Below, in pieces: positions 59,584 to 60,673 of a stretch of DNA of 60,673 bases; position 1 is the stretch's first letter, and every line of letters starts with the position of its first letter. Position numbers and translations under genes: made by a program. Location: assembly GCA_018826905.1 (NCBI GenBank), contig JAHJYC010000004.1, positions 1 through 60,673 of the forward strand. Direction: 5' to 3'. Source of the DNA: Patescibacteria group bacterium. GTDB lineage: Bacteria; Patescibacteriota; Minisyncoccia; Phycocordibacterales; Phycocordibacteraceae. The notes under the pieces are model-generated. The model did no database searches. It was not told where the DNA came from and saw nothing but the letters and a program-made list of their open reading frames with translations.

Positions 59584-59626
59584 GTCTGCAGTATACCAAC
59601 TCCCTCATATGCGCTATCGTACAGAG

Positions 59627-60439
59627 ATGAAAAGACCTACTCCTAAAAAGCGTGTTCGCCCAACCCCGACTCCAGCGCCAACCGGGTCTCCTTTTCCTAT
59701 GCGTCTGAATAAGTACCTTGCACTAAAAGGGTACGCAACACGACGAGATGCAGACCTTCTCATTGAGAAGAAGAAGGTGTTTGTTAATGGCACTGTTGCA
59801 CACGTGGGAGACAAAGTACGGGAACTAGATACTGTTGAGGTGCGAAGTGGTGGCCGCCCAAAAGCCTATGCATATCTCGCATTCAATAAGCCGGCTGGCA
59901 TGGACACACACAGGGAAGCAACAGGAGAAAAGAATGTGCTTGATGCGCTCCCTGCAGACATAAAGCGTCTCTCTCTCTTTCCTGTTGGCAGACTAGACAA
60001 AGCTTCACACGGCCTCCTTCTTCTTACGAACGACGGTCGCATAACTGACCGCCTATTGAATCCTAAGCATGCGCACGAGAAGACGTACGAAGTACGTACG
60101 AAGCTTCCATTGCGCAGTAGCTTTAAGGAGAAAATGGAACAAGGGGTTTCCATTGAAGGGTACGTCACAAAACCTGCTCATGTAGAGCTACTTGGAGACA
60201 ATCGTTTTCGTATAACCCTCACAGAAGGAAAGACGCATCAGATTAGACGCATGGTTGTCGCTCTGTTCAATGAAGTGACTGAACTCAAGCGAATTGGGAT
60301 AATGAACATTAAAATGGGCCCAGTGAAGTCTGGTGGCTACCGCCCTATTGAAGGCAAAGAGCTTACAACTTTTCTGCGACTTCTTGGACTTGGTGCGGAA
60401 ACTACTTCTTCCACCCAGACACAGGAAGATCAACTTTAG
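59627..60439 (+). CDS. rRNA pseudouridine synthase, RsuA/RluB/F family
   Basis: S4 domain MRLNKYLA, NKPAG, GRLD catalytic motif, EGKTHQIRRM. Confidence 0.93.
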   Translation: MKRPTPKKRVRPTPTPAPTGSPFPMRLNKYLALKGYATRRDADLLIEKKKVFVNGTVAHVGDKVRELDTVEVRSGGRPKAYAYLAFNKPAGMDTHREATGEKNVLDALPADIKRLSLFPVGRLDKASHGLLLLTNDGRITDRLLNPKHAHEKTYEVRTKLPLRSSFKEKMEQGVSIEGYVTKPAHVELLGDNRFRITLTEGKTHQIRRMVVALFNEVTELKRIGIMNIKMGPVKSGGYRPIEGKELTTFLRLLGLGAETTSSTQTQEDQL

Positions 60440-60673
60440 TCCCCTTAAAGGAGACTCCTTCAGCAAGGAGCATCTCTCGCTTTGTCTTAACTCCATACCC
60501 TGCACTGTACCCAGTGAGCGCACCATCGGAGGCGACAACTCGGTGACATGGTGTTTTAGGAATATCAGGATTAGTACGCATTGCAGATCCTACCGCTCTT
60601 GCTGCCTTTGCGTTTCCTGCAAGACGTGCCAACTGGGCATAGGTCGCTACCTTTCCTTTAGGAATCTGACGTG
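60402..60673 (-). CDS. O6-alkylguanine DNA alkyltransferase (MGMT family), 5'-partial
   Basis: GKVATYAQLA, ARAVG and PCHRVV active-site motif. Confidence 0.88.
   Translation of the reverse strand, partial: RQIPKGKVATYAQLARLAGNAKAARAVGSAMRTNPDIPKTPCHRVVASDGALTGYSAGYGVKTKREMLLAEGVSFKGTKVDLPVSGWKK

Overview
Mostly minus-strand chromosomal window with mid-40s % GC by eye and standard genetic code 11 (TGA is used as a stop, e.g. in leuS). The gene set and compact protein forms point to a Patescibacteria/CPR organism, Parcubacteria-like; this is an inference. Core genes: rpmJ (partial), infA, alaS, leuS, mnmA, ychF, tgt, ung, uvrABC, ddl, mltG, a full atpBEFHAGDC operon, three tRNAs (Ala-GGC, Pro-GGG, Ala-TGC) and an ECF sigma/anti-sigma pair. 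Most notable observations: (1) a TaqI-family restriction-modification pair plus MazG abutting tRNA-Ala, with a very strong depletion of TCGA across the window; (2) a two-subunit ATP-citrate lyase tightly packed with a GNAT acetyltransferase between a sensor kinase and a receiver; (3) an unannotated ~185-nt structured RNA with its own promoter and terminator (6S-like); (4) a VirD4/HerA-type ATPase operon with a large repeat-bearing membrane protein, plus a stand-alone paralog of its N-terminal domain; (5) pervasive leaderless-type gene starts, contrasting with self-contained orphan gene cassettes that have promoter, boxA-like leader, SD and terminator. No CRISPR array, rRNA, transposase or integrase was seen. 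All family calls come from motif recognition by eye, not database searches.
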